A DNA stretch of 24,000 bases, taken from Aeromonas lusitana. GTDB lineage: Bacteria; Pseudomonadota; Gammaproteobacteria; Enterobacterales; Aeromonadaceae. Positions 1 through 8,505 of this stretch are shown here, one piece after another (the stretch's first letter is position 1; every line of letters begins with the position of its first letter). The notes under the pieces are model-generated. The model did no database searches. It worked only from the letters and a program-made list of their open reading frames with translations, and was not told the origin of the DNA. The stretch lies in contig NZ_PGCP01000020.1 of assembly GCF_002812985.1 (NCBI RefSeq), positions 48,634 to 72,633 of the forward strand. Reading direction: 5' to 3'. The position numbers and the translations under genes were made by a program.

Positions 1-2208
1 CCAGGCCCAGCGGTTGAAGGTGTGCACCATGGCGCCGGTGATAAGGCCATTGGCGTGGGCGTGGGCCGCCAGCAGGGAGAGCGGCAGTGGCGGCATGCCA
101 CGGGTCGTCAGCCCAGCCGGGGTCCAGCTCGCCTCGCTGGAGGGGCCCAGATCCAGGTTCGCCTGACCGACGAAGTATTGCTTGCGCCAGATAGCGGTCG
201 CCGCCGGCCAGAGCGTCTGCTCAAACAGGAGGCGGGCCGCCGCTGTGGTGGCATGGCTCTGGAAGTAGGAAGAGATGGAGGCGGAGGAGGCCTGCGGAAT
301 GGCCAGGGTCCAGCGCGGGTTCTTCTGCATCTCGTCCTGGCGTTCCTGGGAGATGGTGTAGGGGTTGTCCGTCTCCTCCAGCTTGAAGCTTTCCCAGAGC
401 GCGATTTCGGCGAGATCTATGGTGTCGGCCGGTTGGCCAAAGTAGCGGCTGACGATCTCGGCCTGGGAGGTCTGGATCCCGGTGCCCATCTCCATGCCGC
501 TGATCTTCAGCAGTATCTCCCCCTTGCTGGTCAGCTCGACGCAGGCCGAGGGTGCCACGGCCCCTGTGCCGTAGTCCTTGGTGGTGATGCTGAACCCTGT
601 GCCGTACAGGCGATCCGGGTGCTGGGCCTCGTAAGCCTGCTTCCGGCTCTCACGCTGGGCCCAGGCCTCGTGCTGCCCGGCCATCGCCAGGATCTCGGGG
701 TAACGGTTGTTGCCCTCTGGGATGGCGCCCTGAGTATTGGGTTGGCCTGGTTTGATCAGGTTGCGGCGCCTCAGCTCCAGGGGATCTATTTTGAGCAGCG
801 CGGCGGCCTCGTTGATCATCATCTCCATGGCCGCCATGGTCTGCAGGGAGCCATAGCCTCGCATCGAGCCGCAGTCCGGGTTCTCGGATGGCAGGGCGAT
901 CGCCGTGATGTCGTTCTTGGGCAGGTAGTAGACGCCCTGAATGGCGCTGGCTCCCACGCTGGTCACTGAGCCGGTGAAGTTCAAACGACCGCCGCCGTCC
1001 ACCGTCATGGAGGAGATGAGGGCGCGGAACTGGCCGCTCTGCTTGTCGAGCACCAGCTTGTTTTTCATGTTGAACGGATGACGCTTGAGGCCACCCTGGA
1101 ACTGCTCGAAACGGTCGTTGGCCAGGCGAACCGGGCCGGTGCCATAGATGGCGGCGAGCAGGCCGTAGAAGGGGAATATGGTGTGATCCTTGGCCCCGAA
1201 ACCACCGCCGATGAAGGGGGAGTGCACCACCAGCTTGTCGACCTTGCCCGCCAGCGGCCCCTTGGCCAGCATCTCAGCGGCTTCGTAGTAGAAATCGTGA
1301 GGGGACTGGGTGCTCACCACCAGGTGCATGGTGCGCGCCTTGGCGTCGAACCAGCCGTTGAAGTTTTCCGGCTCCATCATCATGGGCTCGATGAACTGGG
1401 TCTGATAGGTGCGATCCAGCACCAGGGCGTCGTCGGCCTTGAGCTCCTCGTGCACCAGTTCGGCCTGATACATGCCCTGCTCGCCCGCATTGCCATCGGC
1501 CTTGGGGGTCGGCCATACCGGCTGGTGATTGACGATGGCCGGGAAGAAGAGGCCATTTTTCAAGGCGCTGTATTGATCGGCCATGCCGAGCTTGCCCTCG
1601 ATCCGGATGATGCGCCAGCAGGCCCAGGGATCGCGGGAGGCAGCGACCAGCGGCGTCACGTCGCCGTAGCGCACCACCTTGTCATTGAATTGCAGGGTCT
1701 GCTTGGCCCGATTGAAGGTGGCAAAGTCCGGGAAGAGGAGCATGGCGGCGGCCTGGCCCAGATAGTCCGGGGTGGCGCCTTCGCTCACCAGCATGTTGAT
1801 GCCGTAGAAGGCGGGCAGCTCGACGCCATCGCGCAGCAGATCGGCTGCGGTGATCACCCGGCCGGGCTGGGCATTGGCGGGCAGCATGGAGAGATCCAGC
1901 CCCAGATAGCGGCGATCCGCCTTGTCGAGCCGGATCAGCAGCGCATGTTGCTGCTGGGATGGCCAGCCAGCCAGATCCTGCGCGCGATAGTCCCGGCTGT
2001 AGATCTTCTGACCGGTTACCTTGGCCAGGCCGTCGCTGCGAAACTTGACCTTGCCCCCCTGTTTCCACTGGCCGAGCAAGGCGGGATCGAAGACCTCGTC
2101 CTCCATGCCGGACAGGGAGAGGTTCGCGAGGAGGGGAGCGCTGTAGACGGCGATGCCGGCGATGACGCACTGCTTGATGAATTCACGTCTTGATAAGGGA
2201 TAGGACAT
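1..2208 (-). CDS. Aldehyde oxidase/xanthine dehydrogenase-family molybdopterin-binding subunit with Tat signal (IorB/PaoC-like); partial, C-terminus lies beyond position 1
   Basis: Absent from the ORF track because it runs off the left edge. Manual minus-strand translation from ATG 2208-2206 stays open for all 736 codons to position 1. It begins MSYPLSRREFIKQCVIAGIAVYSAPLLA (twin-arginine SRREFIK signal). Later segments include VVHSPFIGGGFGAKD, GSMRGYGSLQTMAAMEMMINEAA and GMEMGTGIQTSQ, which are typical of Mo-binding subunits of this family. Confidence 0.85.
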   Translation of the reverse strand, partial: MSYPLSRREFIKQCVIAGIAVYSAPLLANLSLSGMEDEVFDPALLGQWKQGGKVKFRSDGLAKVTGQKIYSRDYRAQDLAGWPSQQQHALLIRLDKADRRYLGLDLSMLPANAQPGRVITAADLLRDGVELPAFYGINMLVSEGATPDYLGQAAAMLLFPDFATFNRAKQTLQFNDKVVRYGDVTPLVAASRDPWACWRIIRIEGKLGMADQYSALKNGLFFPAIVNHQPVWPTPKADGNAGEQGMYQAELVHEELKADDALVLDRTYQTQFIEPMMMEPENFNGWFDAKARTMHLVVSTQSPHDFYYEAAEMLAKGPLAGKVDKLVVHSPFIGGGFGAKDHTIFPFYGLLAAIYGTGPVRLANDRFEQFQGGLKRHPFNMKNKLVLDKQSGQFRALISSMTVDGGGRLNFTGSVTSVGASAIQGVYYLPKNDITAIALPSENPDCGSMRGYGSLQTMAAMEMMINEAAALLKIDPLELRRRNLIKPGQPNTQGAIPEGNNRYPEILAMAGQHEAWAQRESRKQAYEAQHPDRLYGTGFSITTKDYGTGAVAPSACVELTSKGEILLKISGMEMGTGIQTSQAEIVSRYFGQPADTIDLAEIALWESFKLEETDNPYTISQERQDEMQKNPRWTLAIPQASSASISSYFQSHATTAAARLLFEQTLWPAATAIWRKQYFVGQANLDLGPSSEASWTPAGLTTRGMPPLPLSLLAAHAHANGLITGAMVHTFNRWAW

Positions 2209-2746
2209 GGCTTCGCTACCTGTGTGAGGATGAGGCGAGTGGTTCGGGGGAAAGAGAGGGGGGACAGGGGCTGTCGACCATCTTCCCTGAAGTCGCAGTA
2301 GAAAGTGACAAGGTTGTAAATAGGATACTAGGATGATGCGGTTTGGAAAATGCCTGGTTTTTGTTTATGCCAACTTGATCCGGTTTTGTGGTGTGATGCG
2401 CTGGTTGTTGACGTTTGGTTTCATATTATTGAAATTTGATAGTGAAATGGCATGGATAAACAGCGTTTTATTTTTACCCATCCGCCGCCTTTCATGTCTA
2501 GGCTGAGCGCCCCCTGTGCTCTTCCGGCTCCGCAAATCCCTCGCTTGCGCCCCGATGGCGGCTAAAGGAAGGGAGTCTGGACGCGTGCACCTGGCACCGC
2601 GCTGCTGAGAATGCGGCCGACACGGCACCACACGGGGCGCGGTTGGCAAATTCCTGTTGAGCCTCATGGGTGAATAGTGGATCATTGTCGGTTTCTAAGC
2701 GGGGGCGCGCGGTTGCCCCATGAGCTGAGACTTTCGAGGTGAATTC

Positions 2747-4408
2747 ATGAGCGAGGCGAGCAGCCCAACCAACTTTATCCGTCAGATCATCGATGAAGAT
2801 CTGGCCAGCGGTAAGCACAAGAGCGTGCATACCCGTTTTCCACCCGAGCCGAACGGTTATCTGCACATCGGCCATGCCAAGTCCATCTGCTTGAACTTCG
2901 GCATCGCCCGCGATTATCAGGGCCAGTGCAACCTGCGCTTCGATGACACCAACCCGGCGAAGGAAGACATCGAGTTCGTGGAGTCCATCAAGCAGGACGT
3001 GCAGTGGCTCGGCTTCCAGTGGAGCGGTGAGATCTGCTACTCCTCCGACTATTTCGACAAGCTGCATGGCTACGCCATCGAGCTCATCGAGAAGGGTCTG
3101 GCCTATGTGGACGAGCTCTCCCCCGAGCAGATGCGCGAGTACCGTGGCACCCTGACCGAAGCCGGCAAGAACAGCCCGTTCCGCGATCGTAGCGTCGAAG
3201 AGAACCTGGCCCTGTTCGCCAAGATGAAGAACGGCGAGATGGCCGAGGGCAGCGCCTGCCTGCGCGCCAAGATCGACATGGCATCTCCCTTCATGGTGAT
3301 GCGCGATCCCGTCATCTATCGCATCAAGTTTGCCCACCACCACCAGACAGGTGACAAGTGGTGCATCTACCCCATGTATGACTTCACCCACTGCATCTCG
3401 GACGCCCTGGAGGGGATCACCCACTCCCTGTGCACCCTGGAGTTCCAGGACAACCGCCGCCTGTATGACTGGGTGCTGGACAACATCAGCATCGACTGCC
3501 ACCCCCGTCAGTACGAGTTCTCCCGTCTGAACCTCGAATACACCGTCATGTCCAAGCGCAAGCTGAACCTGCTGGTGACCGAGGGGCACGTGAGCGGTTG
3601 GGATGATCCGCGCATGCTGACCGTCTCTGGTCTGCGCCGCCGTGGCTATACCCCGGCCTCCATCCGCGAGTTCTGCAAGCGCATCGGCGTGACCAAGCAG
3701 GACAACATCGTCGAGATGAGCATGCTGGAAGCCTGCATCCGCGAGGATCTCAACGAGAACGCCCCCCGTGCCATGGCCGTGCTGCACCCGGTGAAAGTGG
3801 TCATCGAGAACTTGGCGGCCGACGAGGTGCTGAGCGCGCCGGCGCATCCGAACAACGCCGAGATGGGCACCCGTGAGCTGACGTTCAGCCGCGAGATCTT
3901 CATCGACGAGGCGGACTTCAAGGAAGAGGCGAACAAGCAGTTCAAGCGTCTGGTGCTGGGCAAGGAAGTGCGTCTGCGCAACGCCTATGTCATCAAGGCC
4001 GAGCGGGTCGAGAAGGATGCGGACGGCAAGGTGACTTGCATCTACTGCTCCTACGATCCCGAGACCCTGGGCAAGGATCCGGCCGATGGTCGCAAGGTGA
4101 AAGGCGTGATCCACTGGGTCAGTGCCACTCACTCCCTGCCGGCGGAGATCCGCCTCTACGACCGCCTGTTCAAGATGCCAAACCCGGCGGCCGAAGACGA
4201 CTTCGAGGCGGCCCTGAACCCAGAGTCCCTGGTGGTCATCGCCGGTGCCCGGGTCGAAGCCTCCTTGAAAGATGCCAAGCCGGAGTTTGCTTACCAGTTC
4301 GAGCGTGAAGGTTACTTCTGCGCCGACAACAAGCTCTCCAGCCCGGAGCATCTGGTGTTCAACCGCACCGTCGCCCTGCGCGACGTCTGGGGCAAGGCCG
4401 AAGGCTGA
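2747..4408 (+). CDS. glnS: Glutaminyl-tRNA synthetase
   Basis: 553-aa ORF with class I aaRS HIGH motif ([12 protein letters not shown]) and KMSKS-type motif (VMSKRK). Full-length resemblance to GlnRS. GAGGTG Shine-Dalgarno lies 5 nt upstream of the ATG. Confidence 0.97.
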   Translation: MSEASSPTNFIRQIIDEDLASGKHKSVHTRFPPEPNGYLHIGHAKSICLNFGIARDYQGQCNLRFDDTNPAKEDIEFVESIKQDVQWLGFQWSGEICYSSDYFDKLHGYAIELIEKGLAYVDELSPEQMREYRGTLTEAGKNSPFRDRSVEENLALFAKMKNGEMAEGSACLRAKIDMASPFMVMRDPVIYRIKFAHHHQTGDKWCIYPMYDFTHCISDALEGITHSLCTLEFQDNRRLYDWVLDNISIDCHPRQYEFSRLNLEYTVMSKRKLNLLVTEGHVSGWDDPRMLTVSGLRRRGYTPASIREFCKRIGVTKQDNIVEMSMLEACIREDLNENAPRAMAVLHPVKVVIENLAADEVLSAPAHPNNAEMGTRELTFSREIFIDEADFKEEANKQFKRLVLGKEVRLRNAYVIKAERVEKDADGKVTCIYCSYDPETLGKDPADGRKVKGVIHWVSATHSLPAEIRLYDRLFKMPNPAAEDDFEAALNPESLVVIAGARVEASLKDAKPEFAYQFEREGYFCADNKLSSPEHLVFNRTVALRDVWGKAEG

Positions 4409-4418
4409 TAGCCAGAAG

Positions 4419-4440
4419 GGCAGGGGAGACCCTGCCTTTT
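4419..4440 (+). terminator. Candidate intrinsic terminator after glnS
   Basis: Stem ggcagg (4419-4424) pairs with cctgcc (4431-4436), 6-nt loop, followed by TTTT. Starts 11 nt after the glnS stop. Confidence 0.6.
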
Positions 4441-4456
4441 AGCGAATAACGGATAC

Positions 4457-4486
4457 AAAAAAAGCCAGCGTGATGCTGGCTTTTTT
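4457..4486. terminator. Bidirectional intrinsic terminator between convergent glnS and fur
   Basis: A7 run, stem gccagc (4464-4469), loop gtgat, stem gctggc (4475-4480), then T6 run. This reads as a hairpin plus U-tract on both strands. Confidence 0.75.
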
Positions 4487-4506
4487 ATTGGCGGTGGCAG
4501 CAGGGA

Positions 4507-4935
4507 TTACTCCTCGTGCTTGCACTCACCGGAGGCGCAGTGACCGTACAGATAGAGACTGTGGTTGGTCAGGCGGATGTTGTGAGCCTTGGCGATGTCG
4601 CGCTGACGCTGCTCGATCACCTCGTCGGAGAACTCGATCACCTTGCCGCAGTCGAGGCAGACCAGGTGATCATGGTGCTCCTGGGTAGCCAGCTCGAACA
4701 CCGACTTGCCCCCTTCGAAGTGGTGACGGGTGACGATACCGGCATCATCAAACTGGTTGAGAACACGATAGACGGTAGCCAGACCAATCTCTTCACCCTG
4801 ATCGATCAGCCGTTTGTACAGATCTTCCGCACTGGTGTGCTGGCAGTCCGGCTGTTGCAGGATTTCCAGGATCTTGACGCGGGGCAAGGTGATCTTGAGC
4901 CCGGCCTTTTTTAACGCTTGGTTGTTGTCTGCCAT
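4507..4935 (-). CDS. fur: Ferric uptake regulator Fur
   Basis: 142-aa ORF, MADNNQALKKAGLKITLPRVKILEIL...HHDHLVCLDCGKVIEF. It has the winged-helix N-terminus plus the His/Cys metal-site motifs of Fur. Confidence 0.97.
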   Translation of the reverse strand: MADNNQALKKAGLKITLPRVKILEILQQPDCQHTSAEDLYKRLIDQGEEIGLATVYRVLNQFDDAGIVTRHHFEGGKSVFELATQEHHDHLVCLDCGKVIEFSDEVIEQRQRDIAKAHNIRLTNHSLYLYGHCASGECKHEE

Positions 4936-5019
4936 ATTCTATTTATTCGCATTCTCGAAGGTGTGGTTATTCTGATTGACTGCCGAAGGAATGGCAACCA
5001 CGAACTCGTTTGGCCTGTC

Positions 5020-5048
5020 ATTATAGGTCGTAGCCAGACTAAAAATAA
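5020..5048 (-). promoter_or_regulatory. Candidate sigma70 promoter for fur (perfect -10, weak -35)
   Basis: On the minus strand, TATAAT lies at 5025-5020 and TTATTT at 5048-5043, with a 17-nt spacer. This would give a leader of roughly 75 nt. Sequence pattern only. Confidence 0.3.
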
Positions 5049-5137
5049 ACCCAGCAATTCAAGGGCTTTAGCATATAGCGCGCCCCACAAGATAAATGTG
5101 CCCAGGCGTGCTGCGGCTTGCTCTCCCAGGGAATGTT

Positions 5138-5162
5138 GATAATATGTAACTTCTTCATTATC
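5138..5162. promoter_or_regulatory. Fur-box-like inverted GATAAT/ATTATC element
   Basis: GATAATATGTAACTTCTTCATTATC has GATAAT and CATTATC arms as in the Fur consensus GATAATGATAATCATTATC, but with a longer centre. It lies in the fur/DUF4442 divergent region, just upstream of the 5170 start. Confidence 0.3.
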
Positions 5163-5169
5163 TGGTCGG

Positions 5170-5655
5170 ATGAGATCCATGGATTGGCTTTTTGGCAACG
5201 CGGCCTGGGTACGCCACGCCCTCAACGCCTGGCCTCCCTTCTGGGGCGCTGGCATCAAAATTGAGATCCTGAGCGATGATTTTCGCTTCTGCCGGGTCAC
5301 CCTGAAATCACGCTGGTGGAACAAGAACGCGAACCGGACCCAGTTCGGCGGCAGCATGTTCGCCATGACGGATCCCATCTATCCGTTGATGCTGATGGGT
5401 CATTTCAAGAACCGTTACTACGTCTGGGACAAGGCGGGCAGCATCAACTACATCAAGCCGGGAAAGGGGATGCTGGTGGCCGAGTTCAACCTGACCGACG
5501 CCAAGCTGGCGTCCATCGTGGCGGCGACCGAGAAGGGGGACAAGCACTTCCCCGAGTTCGAGGTACAGGTGAAGGACAAGGGCGGCGAGCTGGTGGCTCA
5601 GGTCAAACGTACCCTCTATGTCAGGGCCAAGCCGGAGCACAGGGCATCCGAGTAG
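5170..5655 (+). CDS. DUF4442-type hotdog-fold (thioesterase-like) protein
   Basis: 161-aa ORF with protein-like composition and coding-like GC3 bias. It resembles the DUF4442/PaaI-like family (recognition from memory, moderate). An alternative start is ATG 5179. Confidence 0.75.
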   Translation: MRSMDWLFGNAAWVRHALNAWPPFWGAGIKIEILSDDFRFCRVTLKSRWWNKNANRTQFGGSMFAMTDPIYPLMLMGHFKNRYYVWDKAGSINYIKPGKGMLVAEFNLTDAKLASIVAATEKGDKHFPEFEVQVKDKGGELVAQVKRTLYVRAKPEHRASE

Positions 5656-5679
5656 CGGGATAGATGTGAACAGGTAGAA

Positions 5680-5710
5680 ACAACAAGGGCCCCAGCGGGG
5701 CCCTTGTTGT
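5680..5710. terminator. Strong hairpin between convergent DUF4442 gene and fldA
   Basis: Perfect 14-bp stem: acaacaagggcccc (5680-5693) pairs with ggggcccttgttgt (5697-5710), with a 3-nt loop. There is no clear U-tract. Confidence 0.55.
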
Positions 5711-5723
5711 CAGAGGAGGTGGA

Positions 5724-6248
5724 TCAGGCCAGTTCGGCCAGATTCAGCTCGTCGTGCAGCTGCTTGCACCAGCCCTTGACGCGCTCGGCGGTCAGCTCGG
5801 GTTGGCGATCCTCATCGATACCGAGACCGACGAAGTGCTTGTCATCCACCAGCGCCTTGGAGGCTTCATACTCATAGCCGGCGGTCGGCCAGTGGCCGAC
5901 GATGATGGCGCCCTTGGCTTCGACGATGTCGCGCAGGGTACCCATGGCGTCGAGGAAGTACTCGGAATAGTCTTCCTGATCGCCGCAGCCGAAGATGGCC
6001 ACCAGCTTGTTGGTGAAGTCGATCTCTTCCAACTCGGGGAAGAAGTCATCCCAGTCAGCTTGAGACTCACCGTAGTACCAAGTCGGGATGCCAAACATCA
6101 GCAGATCGAAATTGGCGATGTCAGCCTTGCTGCTCTTGGCAATGTCATGGACTTCAATGAGTTGCTTGCCCAGTTCTTTCTGGATCATCTTGGCGACAGC
6201 TTCGGTATTACCGGTATCGCTGCCGAAAAACAGACCTACACTAGCCAT
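5724..6248 (-). CDS. fldA: Flavodoxin I
   Basis: 174-aa ORF, MASVGLFFGSDTGNTEAVAKMI... (FMN phosphate-binding loop). Long-chain flavodoxin length, and syntenic with fur and ybfE. Confidence 0.97.
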   Translation of the reverse strand: MASVGLFFGSDTGNTEAVAKMIQKELGKQLIEVHDIAKSSKADIANFDLLMFGIPTWYYGESQADWDDFFPELEEIDFTNKLVAIFGCGDQEDYSEYFLDAMGTLRDIVEAKGAIIVGHWPTAGYEYEASKALVDDKHFVGLGIDEDRQPELTAERVKGWCKQLHDELNLAELA

Positions 6249-6287
6249 AGTGTTTAGTTACCCGTATTTGGTGTTAATGCTAACGGT

Positions 6288-6584
6288 TCAGATTGCGATG
6301 CCTGCTGCAAAAGCAGACTCAATCTGTTGCTTCAGGATAGATTGGATCAGCTCGGCTCGGCTGACGTTCTGTTGCAGCGCAAGTTGGTTCAGGCGCTCCA
6401 GCAATTCGGCCTCCACCTTTAACTCAACCCGTTTCAGACCATTCTCCCGATCGCGCTTGAGCTGGTTGCGCTTGTTGATCTTGAGCTGGGTCTCACGGGG
6501 GAGTGGATTGGTCTTTGGCCTGCCGGGGCGCTTCTCAGTTGCGAACAGATCCAGTGTTGTTCGATCAGTTTGCTGTTTGGCCAT
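6288..6584 (-). CDS. ybfE: YbfE-like small ribbon-helix-helix protein (LexA-regulated protein in E. coli)
   Basis: 98-aa ORF, MAKQQTDRTTLDLFATEKRPGRPKTNPLPRETQLKINKRNQLKRDR..., closely parallels E. coli YbfE. It occupies the same position next to fldA. Confidence 0.85.
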   Translation of the reverse strand: MAKQQTDRTTLDLFATEKRPGRPKTNPLPRETQLKINKRNQLKRDRENGLKRVELKVEAELLERLNQLALQQNVSRAELIQSILKQQIESAFAAGIAI

Positions 6585-6604
6585 ACATCACAGATGAAAA
6601 GTAG

Positions 6605-6826
6605 TTAGCCGATCCCTGAGCCTTCCCAGCCCATTTCGATCAGCCCCTTGGCGACAAAACCCGCGCAACCCAGAAACAGAACCAGCCAGACGATGAGACG
6701 CCCGAAACGGGGCACGTTGCCGCGTTTGAGCACGTCTTGAATGGCCAGACCAATCAGCAGGAAGATGGCCACGAAGAACAGCTTCAGGCCCAGACTCTCG
6801 ATCAGATCGATATGTTCACTCAGCAT
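6605..6826 (-). CDS. Small membrane protein, DUF2788-like
   Basis: 73-aa ORF with two hydrophobic helices (LKLFFVAIFLLIGLAI and LIVWLVLFLGCAGFVA). The family assignment is from memory. Confidence 0.7.
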   Translation of the reverse strand: MLSEHIDLIESLGLKLFFVAIFLLIGLAIQDVLKRGNVPRFGRLIVWLVLFLGCAGFVAKGLIEMGWEGSGIG

Positions 6827-6881
6827 GGATTGCGCACACTCCTTATGACGGGCGCACTATATCACAAAGGATTTGAAACTG

Positions 6882-7664
6882 TTAACCGCCTGTCGACAGG
6901 AAATCCACAACCAATTTGTTGAACAACACCGGCTTTTCGGCGTGCAGCCAGTGGCCGGTTCCGGCGATGACCCGGGCCTTGGCCGCCGGGAATTGTGCCA
7001 TCACAGTCTCGGTATATTCGGGCAGCACATAGTCCGAATCCCCCCCCTTGATGAACAGGGTCGGCCCCTCGAAGCGGGTCTGGTCGTCGGGCCAACCCAT
7101 GATGTTGGCGTAGTTGTGCTCGAGCGCCGGTACGTTGAAGCGCCAGCCCCAACCGGAGTCGCTTTTGGCGAAGGATTTGAGCAGGAACTGGCGCACTCCG
7201 GGGATCTCGATGTGCTGGGCCAGTATGGCTTCGGCCTCGCTGCGGCTCTGGGGCGGGTTGGCGAGGGTGGCGTTGAGACCGGCGAACACATTCTTGTGAC
7301 GGGCGTGGGGATAGGCGACTGGCGCTATGTCGGCCACCACCAGCTTGTTGATGCGCGCCGGTGCCTGCTTGGCGAGTTGCATGGCAACCTTGCCCCCCAT
7401 GGAGTGACCCACGATCGCCACCTGCTCGAGGCTCAGGTGATCGAGCAGGGCGAGCACGTCGGCGGCCTGCTGGGGGTAGCTCATCTCATCGCTATGGAAG
7501 GAGGCGCCGTGGTTGCGCAGATCGATGCTGATGACACGAAACTGCTCGCTCAAGGGGCGCGCCAGCAGGCCCAGGTTGTCCAGGCTGCCGAACAGGCCGT
7601 GGATCAGGACGACGGCCGGGCCCTCTCCCTGCTCCTTGAAGTTCAAATACTGATTGTGTTGCAA
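6882..7664 (-). CDS. ybfF: Alpha/beta-hydrolase esterase YbfF
   Basis: 260-aa ORF with VVLIHGLFGSLDNLG and the nucleophile elbow GHSMGG. C-terminal GHWLHAEKP. Syntenic with seqA as in E. coli. Confidence 0.9.
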   Translation of the reverse strand: MQHNQYLNFKEQGEGPAVVLIHGLFGSLDNLGLLARPLSEQFRVISIDLRNHGASFHSDEMSYPQQAADVLALLDHLSLEQVAIVGHSMGGKVAMQLAKQAPARINKLVVADIAPVAYPHARHKNVFAGLNATLANPPQSRSEAEAILAQHIEIPGVRQFLLKSFAKSDSGWGWRFNVPALEHNYANIMGWPDDQTRFEGPTLFIKGGDSDYVLPEYTETVMAQFPAAKARVIAGTGHWLHAEKPVLFNKLVVDFLSTGG

Positions 7665-7869
7665 AATGACACCTTATCGGTCGGGGGCGCTGTCGCCATA
7701 TTTTTAACGCACTGAAAGAAAAGGATTTCATTTTTGTGGAATGATTTTTCTGTGGTTTTTTTCCAAAAAAATGACCCCTTCATCGGCTATCAGTGCGGGG
7801 GATCACACACTTGGCCCCGCATTATGACGTATTCTCGATGAGATTCATGCACATCTGCCAGCCCCTTGC

Positions 7870-7898
7870 TTGGGCTGCCGGGTTTGCCTATGTATAAT
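7870..7898 (+). promoter_or_regulatory. Candidate seqA promoter with extended -10
   Basis: TTGGGC (7870-7875), 17-nt spacer ending in TG (7891-7892), then TATAAT (7893-7898). It lies about 38 nt upstream of the seqA ATG. Confidence 0.5.
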
Positions 7899-7935
7899 CG
7901 CCGCATCCGAATTTCGACGAGTCCAGCGCATCCCT

Positions 7936-8448
7936 ATGAAAACCATCGAGCTTGATGACGATCTCTACCTCTTTATCGCGAGCCAGACCCGGCACATCGG
8001 CGAGAGTGCCTCCGATATCCTGCGCCGTCTGCTGGAACAGCCCACCTCGGCAAACCAGCCCAGAGCCGTGGAGCCGACCGTACAGGCCCAGCCGACGGCC
8101 GTAGCCGATGCCATGGGGTTGCAATCGCTGCTCGATTCCGGTGCGCTGCAACAGGAAGAGAAGTCCATCAACCGCTTCATGCTGGTGCTGAGTACCCTCT
8201 ATCGGGACAACCCGGAAGGCTTTACCCAGGCGACCGAGATCAAGGGCCGCAAGCGCGTCTATTTCTCCCGCGACCCGGAAGCGCTGCGGGCCAGTGGCAG
8301 CACCACCAAACCCAAGCCGGTGCCGGATACCCCGTTTTGGGTTATCACCAACACCAACACCAGCCGCAAGCAGAACATGGTGGCCCAGCTGATGAGCAGC
8401 ATGGGTTATGACGAGGATTTGACCGCTCGGGTGTGCGGCGCGGTTTAA
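7936..8448 (+). CDS. seqA: Replication-initiation negative modulator SeqA
   Basis: From ATG 7936 the product reads [33 protein letters not shown], which matches the E. coli SeqA N-terminus almost residue for residue. The track ORF start (TTG 7870) would overlap the promoter-like TATAAT. Confidence 0.96.
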   Translation: MKTIELDDDLYLFIASQTRHIGESASDILRRLLEQPTSANQPRAVEPTVQAQPTAVADAMGLQSLLDSGALQQEEKSINRFMLVLSTLYRDNPEGFTQATEIKGRKRVYFSRDPEALRASGSTTKPKPVPDTPFWVITNTNTSRKQNMVAQLMSSMGYDEDLTARVCGAV

Positions 8449-8505
8449 CGCATCACTGACTTCAGGCCTTGCCTGGCAAGGCCGCCATCAAGCAAGGAAA
8501 ACGCC

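Noticed and set aside
22-2193. Plus-strand ORFs 22-969 (315 aa) and 1078-2193 (371 aa)
   Set aside because: They are Gly/Ala/Leu/Arg-rich with no motifs, and they lie exactly antisense to a minus-strand frame that is open throughout and encodes a recognisable molybdoenzyme. They are antisense shadow ORFs typical of GC-rich DNA.
2241-2270. G-run cluster GGGGG-N7-GGGGGG-N3-GGGG (possible G-quadruplex)
   Set aside because: There are only three clear G-tracts, with no fourth run within a reasonable loop distance. It is more simply a C/U-rich leader on the coding (minus) strand.
2209-2400. Molybdenum-cofactor (Moco) riboswitch in the 5' leader of the molybdoenzyme gene
   Set aside because: The context is attractive, but the minus-strand leader is a pyrimidine-rich, mostly AT-rich stretch. 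I could not recognise the multi-stem conserved core. It would need an Rfam covariance search, so it is not claimed.
2498-4351. 617-aa minus-strand ORF antisense to glnS. Similar long shadows occur at 8542-10089 (pgm), 11700-12848 (mltB), 6873-7715 (ybfF), 14426-14992, 15249-16190, 16516-17319, 17997-19310, 18586-19548, 19571-20308, 20028-20849, 20828-21640 and 22652-23629
   Set aside because: Each overlaps a gene on the opposite strand that has strong family motifs. Their translations are low-complexity (A, G, R, L, V, H, Q rich) with no recognisable domains.
4911-5021. uof-like upstream ORF overlapping the fur start: 36 codons from ATG 5021, or 13 codons from ATG 4952, ending TAA 4913-4911
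   Set aside because: The longer ORF's ATG overlaps the best -10 hexamer, so it would not be transcribed from that promoter. Neither ATG has a Shine-Dalgarno. The analogy to E. coli uof rests on position alone.
6585-6881. LexA (SOS) box expected upstream of the ybfE-like gene
   Set aside because: No CTGT-N8-ACAG match was found upstream of ybfE or the DUF2788 gene. The nearest pattern, CTGT-N13-ACAG, has the wrong spacing.
8465-8483. Hairpin ggccttgcc/ggcaaggcc between seqA and pgm, considered as a terminator
   Set aside because: No U-tract follows, the loop is minimal, and seqA-pgm is an operon in E. coli. At most it is an mRNA stability or processing element, which the sequence alone cannot support.
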